In this document: positions 35,155-48,748 of the stretch, piece by piece
Numbering within the stretch: position 1 is the stretch's first letter
Layout: every line of letters begins with the position of its first letter
Assembly: GCA_030704615.1 (NCBI GenBank)
Contig: CM060734.1
Span: forward strand, 1,426,001 to 1,490,000
DNA from: Takakia lepidozioides
Lineage: Eukaryota; Plantae; Bryophyta
DNA length: 64,000 bases
Reading direction: 5' to 3'
Made by a program: the position numbers and the translations under genes
Notes under the pieces: generated by a model
The model's database searches: none
The model's input: only the letters and a program-made list of their open reading frames with translations
Told to the model about the DNA's origin: nothing

Positions 35155-37632
35155 ACGCACACATAAGTTGTGTGGAGAGGAAGTGAGGGGAGAATGAGCC
35201 TCCCTTGGTTTATCTGCCCCCCCCCCCCCCCCCCCTTTCTCTCATTCCTCAGTCCACGTGTAAGGCTCATCTTCTAGAAGCGACCGCGTGGCGGTCGCTA
35301 CATTTAAAAAAAACAACAAAAAAACGACAGCCAGTAATGGCGGATGCTCTATTTAAAAAATTAAACAATAAAAGCGACCGTCAGTAACGACGGTCGTTCT
35401 ATTAAAAAAACAAAAAAAATAAAAGCGACCGCCATTACTGGCAGTCGTAACATTTTCAAACATTAAAAATATACAAGCGGCCACCAGTAATGGCGGTCGC
35501 ACTGAAAAATAAAAGCGACCGTCGTAACTGGCGGTCGCAGCATTTTCAGAAATTAAAAATACACAAGCGACCGCCAGTAAATGGCCGTCGCTATATATAT
35601 ATATATATTTAAAAAAAACGACCGCCAATAATGGCGGTCGCACATAAGCTGTATGGAGAAGAAATGAAGGGAGAATGAGCCTCCCTTGGCTTATCTCCCC
35701 ACCCCCCCCCCCCCATTCCTCGGTGCACACGTAAGGCACACCTTCTAGAAGCGACCGCCACCATGGCGGTCGATACATTAAAAAAAAACAACAAAAAAAT
35801 GACCGCCAGTAATAGCGGGTGCTCTATTTAAAAAATTAAACAATAAAAGCGACTGTCAATAACGACGGTCGCTCTATTAAAAAAAACAAAAAAAAACAAA
35901 AGCGACCGCCATTACTGGCAGTCGCAACATTTTCATAAATTAAAAATATACAAGTGACCACCAGTAATGGCTGTCGCAATGAAAAATAAAAGCGACCGCC
36001 ATAACTGGCGGTCGCAACATTTTCAGAAATTAAAAATATACAACCGACCGCCAGTAATGGCCGTCGCTCTAGTTATAAAACAAAACAAAACAAAAGCAAC
36101 CGCCAGTAATTGCGGTCGCACATAAGTTGTGTGGAGAGGAAGTGAAGGGAGAATGAGCCTCCCTTGGCTTATCTGCCCCACCCCCCCCCCCTCTCATTCC
36201 TCGGTCCACGTGTAAAGCACATCTTCTAGAAGCGACCGCCACTATGGCGGTCGCTACATTTTAAGAAAAACAACAAAAAAAACGACTGCCAGTAATGGCG
36301 GTCGCTCTATTAAAGAAATTAAACAATAAAAGCGACCGCCAGTAATGACAATCGCTCTATTAAAAAACAAAAAAATTAAAAGCGACCGCCATTACTGGCA
36401 GTCGAAACATTTTCAGAAATTAAAAATATACAAACGACCACCAGTAATGGCGGTTGCTCTATTTAAAAAAATGAAAAATTTAAGCTACCGCCATAATTGG
36501 CGGTCGCAACATTTTCAGAAATTAAAAATATACAAACGACCGCTAGTAATGGCCGTCGCTCTATTTATAAATAAATAAAAAACAAAAGCGACCGCCAATA
36601 ATGGCGCTCGCACATAAGTTGTATGGAGAGGAAGTGACGGGAGAATGAGCCTCCTTTGGCTTATCCCCCCCCCCCCCCCTTTTATTCCTCGGTCCACGCG
36701 TAATGCATACCTTCTAGAAGCAACCGCCACCATGGCGGTTGCTCTATTTAAAAAATTAAACAATAAAAACGACCGCCAATAACGACGGTCGCTCTATAAA
36801 AAATTAATAATAATAAGAGCGACCGCCATTACAAGCAGTCGCAACATTTTCAGAAATTAAAAATAGACAAGCGACCACCAGTAATGGCGGTCGCTCTATT
36901 TTAAAAAAATAAAAATAAAAGCGACCGCCATAATTGGCGGTCGCAACATTTTCAGAAATTAAAAATATACAAGCGACCACCATTACAGCGACCCTGAATT
37001 TTTTTTATAAATATTTTTATTAATTGTATTTTTTAATATTTTAAAAATAAAGCGACCGCCAATAATGACGGTCGCTCTATTTTAAAAAATAATAAATAAA
37101 TGCGACCGACATGAATGGCGGTTGCTGCATTTTCTGAAATTAAAAATATTTTTACTATTTTTAGAATAAAGCGACCGCCATATTATGGCAGTCGCTGTTT
37201 TGTTTTGTTTTTGTTTTTGTTTTTTTTCTAAATTAAAGCGACCGCCATATTATGGCGGTCGCTGGTTTTTTTTAATATATATTTAAAATTAAGCGACTGC
37301 CATATTATGGGGTTCGCTGGTTTTTTTAATATATTTGTAAAATAAAGCGACCGCCATATTATGGCGGTTGCTTGCTTTTTATGTATTATTGAAAACAAGC
37401 GACTGCCAATTCTGGTGGTTGTTTTTTTTAAAAATAAATAAATAAATAAAAATAAAATATGCCACGCCAATACGGAGGTTGCTATATATATTTTTTTTTA
37501 AAAGGCGACCACCAATGCGACCGCCAATTTTGATTTTTTTATAAAAATATTTTAAGCGAGCGCCATGTTGGCGGTCGCTCTTATTTCTAAAATTTTGAAA
37601 TATAAAGCGATCGCCAGTGGCGATCGCTTTCA
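35155..37632. repeat. Four ~480-bp tandem units followed by an AT-rich AAGCGACCGCC/GGCGGTCGCT palindrome array
   Basis: CACATAAG...GGAGAATGAGCCTCC at 35160, 35641, 36119 and 36611; same palindrome as 27539-28322. Confidence 0.9.
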
Positions 37633-37826
37633 TTTTATTATTTTCTAAAACGTATTTGCCACCGCCACCGTGTCGGTGACGTGGCTGCTTAAGTGCAATA
37701 TTTTACCTGGTATTTTTTTTACTAGAATATTCCTGGAACCTGACATGACGGAGGTTCCGTCAGCGTGAGGTCTGACATGACCTGACGCTGACTGACGGAC
37801 GTGACGCTGATAACTGGGCCACTGTG

Positions 37827-40113
37827 CATCATCTCCGCCCAAGCTACATCATCTCATCTCAAAGATTTTAAAACCTCCTCCGTAAAAGATCTACTAAGAT
37901 ACTGTTGATTCTGTTTCATGGCAAATAGAATGTTTAGTATCTGACCAATCTCCCTCAACCCTGGATACTCGGCTTTGGTGTAAGTGAATCCCTGGTTCCT
38001 GAAGAAACTTGTTTCTTGGAAAAGATCCCCTACTTGCAATCTTGCCCTGTGCTCATCCACGCTCACATTACCAAATGGTAATTCAAAAAGCTGTTGCAAG
38101 TACTGCGGAATAACTTGTATATCTATGCCCTTCACCTGGGTAACTCCCGTCTTTGGCTCAAAGTTCTTAATGAACTGGATCATCAATTCCCGATGATGCA
38201 AAGACCACTCTTTGCGCAACAATCCCTCCAACTGCAATTCCTTCAGCAGCTACACTGCCTGTGGTGTGGCGATAGTTTGCCTCTGTAAGATCGTCGTGCT
38301 CTTCACTTGTAGATCCTCCATCTTTCTAATTCGCTTCATCCCGGACAAACAAGAAGGCATTGTTTGGAATAACTACATGAAAGCTTGTAATGCGTATAGC
38401 ATGAAAGTGTGATTAGCACAGAATGGAACAGGCAAGTGGGTGTAAGCCCGCGGGGCTTGCAAATAGTGAGTGAGAGAGAAAGTACTTTCGACCTGTCCTT
38501 CCTTGCGCCACTGCGTAAGAAGTAGAGCTAGTGTATAGTCCGTGATATCCGCCATAGCTACAAAGCTATAGCTTTGATTGCCCCTCCCCGTCGAGACACT
38601 GGTTATCCGGAATAACACCTATTCTTCCGCTCATAATCTTCTTAATTTCTTGTTCTTGTTTCTTGAATGGAGTCTCTTGCATAAAATTCACGTTGTTGAT
38701 TGGCCGTTGCCTCATTAGGTAACTTCTCATTTTTACCCTAATCCGTTCACATTCTATCTTGGAATGACCACTAGGACTGCATATGTGGCAAAGGTTCCCC
38801 TTTGCCGGACGCGTAAAGTGTTCCATTACCTGTCCTCTTGATGCATTAATGGGCTCATAATAAGTTTCGGCTGATGTACCGGGTAGGTACTTTGACGGCC
38901 CTGTTTGACGCTCATTATTGCAGTACATGCAATGTGGAGTGCTTTGCCCCTTAGGCCACGTGTTTGAATTCAAACACTCTCCCGTCTCCCTCTGTCCGCG
39001 TGGCACATTCTCTGAGTTTGACTTCCAAACTGTCTTTACACTTACCGGCCACTTAACTGACGTTAACTCGTGTCCATCTGTCACTGCCCCTATGGACTGT
39101 GCAACCTGTGTGGGTTGTGTTGCCTGTGTTGGGCTGTGACAAGCTATGACAAGCTGTGGTAAGCTGTGATATGCTGTATTAGACCGTGGTGGACTGTGAT
39201 GGCTGTGTGAACACCTGTGTTCTCTTGGTGATTTAAGCTTTGAAGCTTTAATCTTTCCCTTCTTCTGCAACCACAGTACCAAATCACCTGTCTTAAAAAT
39301 CTTCAATTTACCTTCATCAAACTGATCCTTCCTCTTCATCTGAATTCTGGCCATGTTATCTGCTGCATCAGCACGTACTTCTTCCACATGATATAGTTCA
39401 TGTTTCCTTACTTTAATTGAATCCTCCAATTCCATTCTCCTCCCCCATTCAGTTCTCATGGTAGGTAATAAGAATTCCACTGGAAGTAAAGCTTCCATAC
39501 CATAAACTAATTGAAATGATGTATACTTGGTGGTGACTTTATATGAAGTCATGTATGACCACAAAGCTGTCAACAGCTTTGTATCCCAGTTTGTCCTATT
39601 CGCATTGACTATCTTAGCCAAGATAGTGCATAGTATTTTGTTGGTGGCCTCTGCCTGCCCATTGCCCTCTGGTTAATAGGTTGTACTCTTCCTGTGCATA
39701 ATCATGAACTCCTTAGTCAATAGTTCAATGGTCTCATTAATGAAATGACTTCCCTGGTCAGTGATAAATTCCAGGGGACAGCCAAATCTTGTGAGAATGT
39801 TCTCCTATAAGAACCTTGTTGTGGACTTAGCTGTGTTGTCCCTCAGAGCCTTAGCTTCCACCCATTTTGTGGTATAATCAGTGGCTGTGATTATATACTT
39901 GTTCTGTGTATTCCTGGCTGGTGGATTGATTGGTCCAACAAACTCTAATCTCCATTTATGAAATGGTTTAGTAGGCATTGTAGGATGCAAAGCCATCTTC
40001 CCAGATCTTTGCAAAGGTCCTAGCCTTTGACACTCTCATCACAACTCTTGCAATACTTGTGTACATCCTTGAACAAAGTAGGCCACCAGTAACCTGCAAG
40101 TAATATTTTCCTA
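37827..40113 (-). mobile_element. Third truncated copy of the Gypsy family (integrase to accessory ORF N-domain)
   Basis: ORFs 39805-40014, 38566-39621, 38373-38618 and 37854-38237 are homologous to the other copies. Confidence 0.9.
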
Positions 40114-41043
40114 CTACAGTACAGCAAATGGGGGGGGGGTTTGCGACGCCACCGTGCCCCACGCCCCACGCGGCGCAACCCGCGGAGCGTGTTTGCGACG
40201 CCGGGCCGTCGCAGCCAAACCCCGCGGGTCGCCACCTGGCGCCGGGCCAGGCGGGCGACGCTGGGCATCGCACGGAGTGATGAAGGGAAAATGGCAGCCC
40301 TTCCGTGTGACGCCCAAGCGTCGCCCCAGCGAGAGGCAGAAGGCAGCCTTTTTTGGTGACGCCGCTCGTCGCACGCCGAAAAAAAAAAAAAAAAAAACCT
40401 TCTTGCCATTTCTTTAATCGCAACCTTTCTTGCGACGCCAGCCGTCGCATGGTGGCATGAAGGGCAAAAGGCCCCTGCGACGGCCGGGCGTCGCAAACTG
40501 CCCGGCTGCCCTATTCTTGCAAAAAAATAAAAACGGGTCACAGTTTTGCGACGGCTGGCCGTCGCCGTGTGCGACCCGGCCTCATAAATCCATTTAAAAA
40601 AACAGGTCACAGATAGCGACGGTTGGCCATCACCATTTGCGACCCCCGGCCTAAAAACCGCGTTGCAGGTGACAACGCATGGGGGTCGCAGGCAGCGACG
40701 GCAGGGCTTTCTAGGTTTAGGTTTAGGGCCTTTGAGGGTTCTTAGTTTTTTTTTTTTTTCATATGGTACTGGGGTAGGTGTTTGTTTTTCTTTATGGTTT
40801 AGCTTGTTGTTGTGGACCTTCTTGTTGATTGTGACATTCATTTTGATAATTCTCTTGATACCACATCTGTATGTGTTGCTCCAACATATTCATTGCCTCT
40901 GCCTTCTTACTTGAAAGACTACCAGCCACAGCCATATTTGATGAATAATAGAAATAAAGTACAATATGCATGTACATATACAATCAATCGAAGGGATGGG
41001 TCCAGTTCGGTGCGAGAATTGTTATGTAGCTTTGATTTTGTGT

Positions 41044-44000
41044 CTAATCAACTTGAACATCATCATCCGGAGCCTCTTCATCCTCATCAAGCTGCAAATC
41101 TTCTTGGTCATCGGAGTCATCGTCATAAATGGCCGGGCCCTCAAAAGACACCTCCAAATCATCCTCCACCTCGTTGTCAATGGCAGTGTCTTCGTCTCCT
41201 TCTCCAACATCCGTATCTTCTAGAGCTTCATCATATAGGGTCCAGGATGCATTGTCCGGGGCGTCATCATCATCTTCTACCCCCTCTCCCCAACCTCCAT
41301 CATCAGCATGATTATGACCAGTCTCTCCGTCCATCGCAATTGCCTCGCTCACCCATGGAGATCGAGACCATGATAGATACGTCTCCTCTTGGCTGAGCAT
41401 GCACAACCACCTTCCAATTTCCCCCTCTTGTTTTGTCATCGGAGAAGAAAACTTGCTCCATGTCTGAAGGCCGTGAAAAAGGCTCATCAGAGGGACGATG
41501 AGTAGGGTTGAGCCTATCTGCATTGACGCGCATGAAACCACAATCATCTTGCACTAGTGTTGCGGAGGGCCCCACAAGATGTGGCTGGAACCACCCTCTC
41601 TTGAAGAGAAGAGGCCAGTACCTTGTATACTGAAGTTGGAGGCTGCAATTCCATGGGCAAATTTTGTGAAGGAACATTCCGGCGGCCCGCTCGTCGTCGT
41701 GGGCGTCTAGTAACCGGCCTTGGATGGTTCCGCCTCCATGCAAGCGTCTCCTCTTCTCGTTGTTGAACAAGATTATTGTATCTTGCCTCCCACTCATGTA
41801 TGGATGGGGTGTTCTTCCGTATGAAGTCATGCGCTTGCTCAATCACCAAGGTCGGCAATTTTACCCTCTTCGATTTTTTGGGTAAAACGATGTCCTTGGT
41901 TCGTGCATCCTCCTCTTCCTTCCACATCCAAGGGGCTTTCTCATCCACCCTTGCTATGTACTCCGTGCAATATAACATAGCTTCTTGCAACGTATACCCC
42001 CCCGCCATGCTACCCTTCGGGTGCGCCATTTGTCTTACAAATCCTTTCAAAGTCTTCATATACGCTCAAGGAAGTACATCCACCGAGAATGAACGGAACC
42101 GGCAATCGAAGCCTCTTCCACTAAGTGCACTACCAAGTGCACTTGGATGTCAAAGAAGGAGGGAGGAAGGTGCATCTCCAACATACACATTACCTCCGCC
42201 GCCTCCTTCTTCATGCATGGAAAATCTGCCTCTTCCAACTCTTTGGAGCAAATCCACCGGAACAAGCCTCCCAATCTATAGATTGTCTCACGAACCTCGG
42301 GAGTCAATGTCCCACGTACTGCAATGGGCAAGATGTCTTGCAATAGATTGTGGTTGTCATGAGACTTCTAACCATGGACCCCGTCTTCTTCGCTGAACTT
42401 CGTACGGAGGGATGATCCATAACCAGTTGGTGTTCGGACAGCACTTATGGTGGCTATCACTTTCTTGTATTCCTCCTTTGTCCATTGCCAAGGTGTGCCC
42501 CTATACTTCCATCGTACAACACCCTTTGGGTCCACACCATTTTGTTCGGCCCATAGATGGCGCATGCAACCTGCTCCTCAAGCTCCTTTCTAACACCGAG
42601 AGAATCTCCTTTTGCAGCCACTCCCTTCTTTGCCGGCGTGCCATGAAGAACCCGAAAAAGGGACGAGCGGACATTCTTCTCAATATGCATGAGATCTAGA
42701 AAATGGTGAATCTTCAGGTCCTACATATATCCCCACCCACAAAAACTTACACAAATTTTTTTACGTGAAAGTGACAATGCCACGCATACCAAATGTGCAA
42801 TATCACATGCATGCATAGGGATATTGACGGTGTTTTTGTGGAATATGTACCGCCCAATATGGCAACTCGTAGAAGATTGAAAGTCGTTTCATGTTGGGCA
42901 CGTCCACTTCACCGTCCGTGCCCGCATGGCTCCTTCCATCGGTCCTCCCAAAACTGCCTGGACGGTGTCATGGGGGGGGGGGGGCGTACTTCCTCTTTGC
43001 CATCAAACAAGTGTTTCTCTTTTCTTTCTCATCGATGGCTCATAGGAAGAAATTTGCGGTAATTGGGATACACTATCTTGTGAAGATGGCGGGAGCTATG
43101 TGCATCAAGATCATCGCCACAATGCAAGCATGCATGGTACCCTTTGGTGCTCTCTTTGCCATCAAACAAGTTTCTCTCTTTCTTTCTCTCATCGATGGCT
43201 CATAGGAAGAATTTGCGGTAATTGGGATACACTATCTTGTGAAGATGGCGGGAGCTATGTTCATCAAGATCATCGCCACAATGCAAGCATGCATGGTACC
43301 CTTTGGTGCTTAGCCCCGAGCAAACAGTTAGTCATGTACTACACATCCCGCCACATTAGCAAAAAACAAAAGTTGTCATGTGCACGGCCCATAATGTCAT
43401 CTACCCCACTACGGTGCACAAGACTGTCGCCGCTACTTCAATCAATCCCAATCCTCATCGATATTATCCGGCATTGACAAGTGAATGTATGCAGGTTGTT
43501 CATGGGGACATAATATACCCTGGATAATCATGCATTGTCTAAAGCAAGATGCCTCTCATCTGAAAAGATTGTCCGCCATAGGGTCAAGTGAAGCATCCAA
43601 TGCCGGGACCCCTCTCCATAGCTCCTTAAGCTCATCAACAAGAGGTCGCAAGTACGTGTCCATGTTTGCCACTTGTTTTTTCCCTATGAGACATTCACAT
43701 CGTTGTTTCAATGCTCCACCAATATGCAGATTATACTACAAAATGAATTACACGTCTTACTCCATGATTATGTCACTCATCAATCTTGCATCTGAATTGC
43801 GTCAAAGATCATAAGTTTAATGTAAAGTCGAAGGCAATAATAAACATGAAATGAGTACACTCACCTGGCACAATGGCAGCCAACATGATATGGCTTGTTT
43901 TAATTGAAAGATACGGAGGATTTGTTTCAAATTCACCATGGTCACCAGCCAAGTGGAATGACTACATGACTGGAAAGAGAATGGGTTGACCCCATCCGAG

Positions 44001-45052
44001 GAGAAGCCGAGGAGAAGCCGAGGTGGACATGTCGTGGGTCCTCCAAGAGAAAGGGCCACATCTCTTCAATATGCCTCCATGCTTGTGAATCTTGTGGCCT
44101 GCAACACCTTTCCCGGGGGCTCCGATGCGAGGCGTGCCTCTCATGAGTTTGGCCAATTCGGGGCTTCGGTACTGTGCCTCAATCGCGGGATGATCGAAAA
44201 GTATGCATTTTCTATGATGAAATACCCCACGCCCCCCACATGTAATCATCCCATTAGCACACATAATACAACACCCTTATGTCTTCTTCCCTTTATGCAA
44301 GCCTCTCCCTCATTTGGGTGTGAATGATCAAAACCAAACGTCGCTCCTTCCACTCCTCACTCACTCCCTAAACCACAATCAGATCTTGCATGAGTACTAC
44401 TCTCTAAACCCTAAACTTTGTGGAATACACTTTACACATACATTGAGAAGATTAAAGAAAATAATCTCCATGCGAGGGGAATGGCGCTTATAACCTTTTG
44501 CGTGGTACTTTTTTCTTTTTCCCTTGGACATCATCCCGATATCGGTCTTTCTTGCTTGCATTTGGGCACTTGGTGAGATGCGAATCCTCTCCTCCGTAAT
44601 ATAGGGTTTTATCACATGGACATGCATGAAAAATCTTATAGCCCATCCCCACAGAGTCCAAGACTTCCGCTCGCCTCTTTCTTCTTCCGCGACCGTGGCA
44701 TCTTGGGTTTCAAGTGTGGAGTAAGGATACAGTTTGCAATAGTTTGCATTATGGCAGACATCCCAACATTACTTACGCCAAATCGAATTTGAAGATTGAG
44801 CAAAAGTAAGATTGTTGAAAGTCGACTCACTTTCGCCCCTTCGTACAAGGGAGTTCTCGCCTCCCTCTCCATGTCATTTGAGGGGGTCATTTCAGGATCA
44901 TCGATTGGCCGGGTTCCCTCTTCATGGGATGCATCAGCGCCCACATGATGCTTCAAGAGATCCTCTATGGCTTGCACATCCTCCTGGTTAATTTCATGCT
45001 CATTGAAATGCAAACAACAACCTTCAAAATGTGTGTGCATCAAATATGTCAT
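41044..45052 (-). pseudogene. CACTA TnpD/Tnp2-type transposase, multi-exon and degenerate
   Basis: ARTPLYEGA...LLLLNLQIRFGVSN; LGFSSDGVNPF...STW; MHIEKNV; MCMLEMHLPPSFFDIQVHLVVHL...RWMYFLER; MKTLKGFVRQMAHPKGSMAGGY; DEPF...QVFFSDD...WKVV (Transposase_21, DUF4218 and DUF4216-type motifs). Confidence 0.92.
42993..43310. repeat. ~160-bp tandem duplication within the transposase
   Basis: CTCTTTGCCATCAAACAAGT...GGTACCCTTTGGTGCT occurs twice (42993 and 43153). Confidence 0.9.
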
Positions 45053-46010
45053 TCAATAATTACATGTATGTGCGCAACGTACACGCATGCAAAGTTTCAA
45101 ACCCAAACAAAATCATTTGCCCCCCCAATGACGCATTCACCCTATCAACCAATTTTTGTTTATTAATGTGAAAGAAAATCCTCTCATGCCATTGCACCCA
45201 ACAAACGGATGTGGCTCAAGCTTCATTTTTTCCTACATGTGCTTGAATATGTGTGCAACACCTGTACAAAGATCTAGCAGGAAAATAAAATAAAACTGCC
45301 TCCCCAACGACGCACTCACCCTTGCACCAATTTTGAATTAAACCGAACTTAAATGAATTTAAAATAAATATTTGCATTTAAAAAATATATGATTGCGGTT
45401 TTGAGGGGCGTAATGATTTTATTTCTAGCTCTATTTTGTTTTGTCACATCGGGCTTTGCACCACTACATCCATGCAAAAAATGGGACAAAAAATAAGTGT
45501 GTTTCTAGGGTCACTTTTGCATAACTCTCTATGAAGAGTGCATGAAGTTGAAGATAACTTAACTTTGGAGTGCAAATGAGAGAACAAAATCTGGTTATGG
45601 GTCCAAATGACTTTTGCTTACTCCCAAATTTTGCACGCACATTGCATATGCTATCATTAAGCATATGGCTTGAAAATGGAATAAAAAAAAAATCATCTGC
45701 AAGCGAAACACAATTTTTCGTCTCTATGACACGTAGCTGCGTTCAACACTAGAATGACCCATTGAATCAACTTGGTTCAAGCTCATATTTGGTCCACATG
45801 TGCATAAGTATGTTTAGATCACATATGCAAAGTTGCAACCCACACGAGCAACAAGATTTTTTTTTACATCAATCGATTAATCGGATGTATACAAAGTACA
45901 TCATGAGAATATCTACAATGCCCCTCTACGCGATCCCTGTCTCAAAGGAACCTTATTTCTATCATACACATCCATGTCTTGACAAGACATAAGTATCTTC
46001 CCTCTCTGAT

Positions 46011-47480
46011 TTAGACCAGTGTACTTGGTGGGTCCCAATCATCCCGGGAGAACTCGTATGATGCAAATAGTTCGCTGCCAGCCCTAATAGTCCTACTAAC
46101 ACATGTCATCACAAACATGTGCATCCCCTCACAGTATACTGACATATGACCACAAAAGCTCTCATGCCCATCGCTTCGCTCGTCCCATACTACATTGGTT
46201 CTCCTAGGATGACCAAAAGAACTATTGACCAGCCTAGCAACATTGTCGAAGATGTCAGGGTCACCATCACAAAATCTGATCTTAATGGGAGACAATCCCC
46301 GTCTACATACATCATGTCCGATGACACACAAAATGTAGGGTAGGATGTATGGGGCTTCGAGGCGTAATGTACGGAATTCCGCGGAGGTGTAGTATGGACC
46401 GTAGTAGGGAAACAAGTCCACCATCATGTTTCTCCGAGGATGAACCACAATATCATTGACCATGAATAAACCCTGACCCATAGCAGGGTCTGTAGCGGCT
46501 CTCACAACATACCGTCTCCCCCAATACTCGAACTCCACATTTTCTCGGATGGGGGTGGGAGGGTCGAGATGATTCCCCCAACAACGAGGCTGGACGGTCC
46601 TCAGTAACATAGTCCTATGCGCTTCCCATCAGGGGCGAGGATCCGGCTCAGGCCGCCCAAGCCGAAGGGGAGGAAACCTAGGGCGAAGCCGTCCCCTCCT
46701 AGGGGTTCGGGGGGCACATGCACGTGGAGGTGGAGGTGGAGATGGAGGTAGAGGTGGTGGTGGTGGTGGAGGTGGAGGTGGTACTGTTGGCAGAGGAGAT
46801 GAAAGTGGAGGTGGTTGAGGATGTAATGTCGGAGGTGCAGCCGGGGGTACAACGTCCGGATCAGGCAAAGAAACAGATGAGGGGGGGGGGGGGGGGGGTG
46901 GGCTTGTTCGTCGCCGACCATAACGCCTACGACATCTACGATACCCCTCGATCCTACGCATCTCATCTACGTGCTGCTGGGGGAACCAACTGGTCACATT
47001 GGGCACTGCTCTGGCACAAATCTGCAAGTAGACCGGCGCGAAATGCCTCCTGTGCAATGTGATTGCGAGCTTTGGCATCAAGTCGTGGCTGCAATGTGCG
47101 TAGTGAACGACGCATCAATACTTATGTCGTAATTTTGATTCATGTATGCTTACCAATCATACTATATTATTAGATAAACCTAAATGTACCTTAAATGAAT
47201 GTTAATGAGAGGGGTGGGAAAAACACTCACCTTTGCCGCATCCGCAATCTTGTTCTTCTTGTAATGTTTTTCAACAACATGCGGTCGCCGCCTCGGTGGT
47301 CTGTGCCGCCCCCCGGCGGTATCCGTTCCCAACATTTAATGCACCAACACTCAATCCTGTCGGGGTGGGGGGGGGGAGGGGGGGGGGGGGGGGGGGTCAA
47401 AGGTGGACGTGGTTGGACGGGGTGGCCGTGAGGGGGCAACCCGCGGCGCGCCCGACTCGATCCGGAGTGTCAACATCCTC
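46011..47480 (-). CDS. SET-domain protein (SET at 46011-46610) preceded by a Pro-rich linker and a Cys-containing N-terminal exon; one in-frame TGA at 46629-46631
   Basis: SET motifs MGQGLF...I, PYYGPY, NVARLVNSS and RTIRAGSELFASY. ORF 46629-47081 is in frame with 46011-46610; donor CAAAG/GTGAGT at 47230. Confidence 0.75.
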
Positions 47481-48748
47481 GCATCACCTGAAATTTGGCC
47501 CCGATCCCTTCTACAATTGTGCCCGGCAGCCTGTATTGGATCAGGTGCAAATGGGTGCCTCCTCGCCACGAAAAATGGTCGCTCTAGGGCCACAATCGAT
47601 ATGTGGTACTACCTCCCCATCCTCGAGGGAGACGGGTCGATGTTTCCTCACCATCCCATTCTAATTAACACACACCACCAACACTTTCATTTCTTTCAAA
47701 ACCGTTGGCAAAAAAACCCTATGCCTCAGCCTCGGCTTTCAAAATTTGGTAACCAAAGGCGGAGCATCCCTATGGTGCTAGAGCCCAAGACAATAAATCC
47801 TTCCTCTCGTTCTATCTTCAGGATGCTCACACCATGGAAAAATTTGTTGAGACCCAGCGCTTTGCGATTATCAGATTGAACCACATTTTGGGTATGTGAA
47901 TCCTAATTACACCGTTTATCCTTTTAACCCCAAGACCCACAACCAAAACCGCCAATCCAAAACCCAGCACCATAAAGAAAAGCAAACACCCTAACCCAGT
48001 ACCATATGAAAAAATAAAATAAAAAAAATAAAAACTAAGAAACCCAAAAGGCCCTAAACCCTAAATCCAGAAAGCCATCGCCTCCTGCGACACCCTGGCG
48101 ACGCATTGGACAACGAGTTTTTTTAATTTTTACCTGGGGGTCGCACCCCGCGACGGACAGCCGTCGCGAGGGTCGACGTGTTTTATTTATTTATGGGGTC
48201 GGGGGTCGCAAGAAACGATGGCCAGCCGTCGCAATCTTCATTAAACATTTTTGCATTTCAAAAAAGGGCGGGTGTAAGCATGCGACGGCCGGGCGTTGCA
48301 CGTGGGCGCCGCGCCTTTTTTTTTTCCCTAAGTGCTTCAAGCATCTCTTTCCCCTCCTGTTTTCGTTTGTTCTTTGGGAGAGAGATAGTTCAGAGAGTGG
48401 GGTTTAGGGTGGAGGAGAAACGCACCTGCTGCTGAGCCCGAGGTGGTCGCAAGGCCCCAAGGAGTTTGCCCCAACGCCGCTCCAACGCCCAAGGTAAGCA
48501 CCGCCTCCTCCCTCACTTTCTGTCTTTCTTTCTTGCCCTAAGCACGGGCTGATGTCTCTCTCCCATGTGTGGTAGGAACGCCGCGCAGAGGCGCGACCTA
48601 ACGAGTTGAAGAGAGAGAGAGCCGTGGTGAGCGGGGAGAGACGCCCTGCAGCGGCGGGGACCCGCGCCGCTGGCAGCCGCGACAGCACCGCAGCAGCTCG
48701 CCACAGCAGCTCGCTTCAAGCAACAGCAGCAGCAGAGGTACGTCAGGG

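Larger units (their letters stand above)
40114..48334 (-). mobile_element. CACTA/En-Spm DNA transposon (degenerate; exact termini and TSD not resolved)
   Basis: Transposase motifs; TTTGCGACG/CGTCGCA subterminal motifs at both ends; ~40560-40790 is an inverted homolog of ~47980-48230. Confidence 0.8.

Noticed and set aside
40108-40125. Canonical CACTA terminus and 3-bp TSD
   Set aside because: The left junction reads CTACTACAGT, overlapping integrase sequence, and the candidate right end reads TAAGTG; no matching TIR pair or TSD can be shown.
48050-48070. Telomere-like CCCTAAA/TTTAGGG motifs (also ~40715 and ~48402)
   Set aside because: Only one or two units; not a telomeric array and not adjacent to the PLE.
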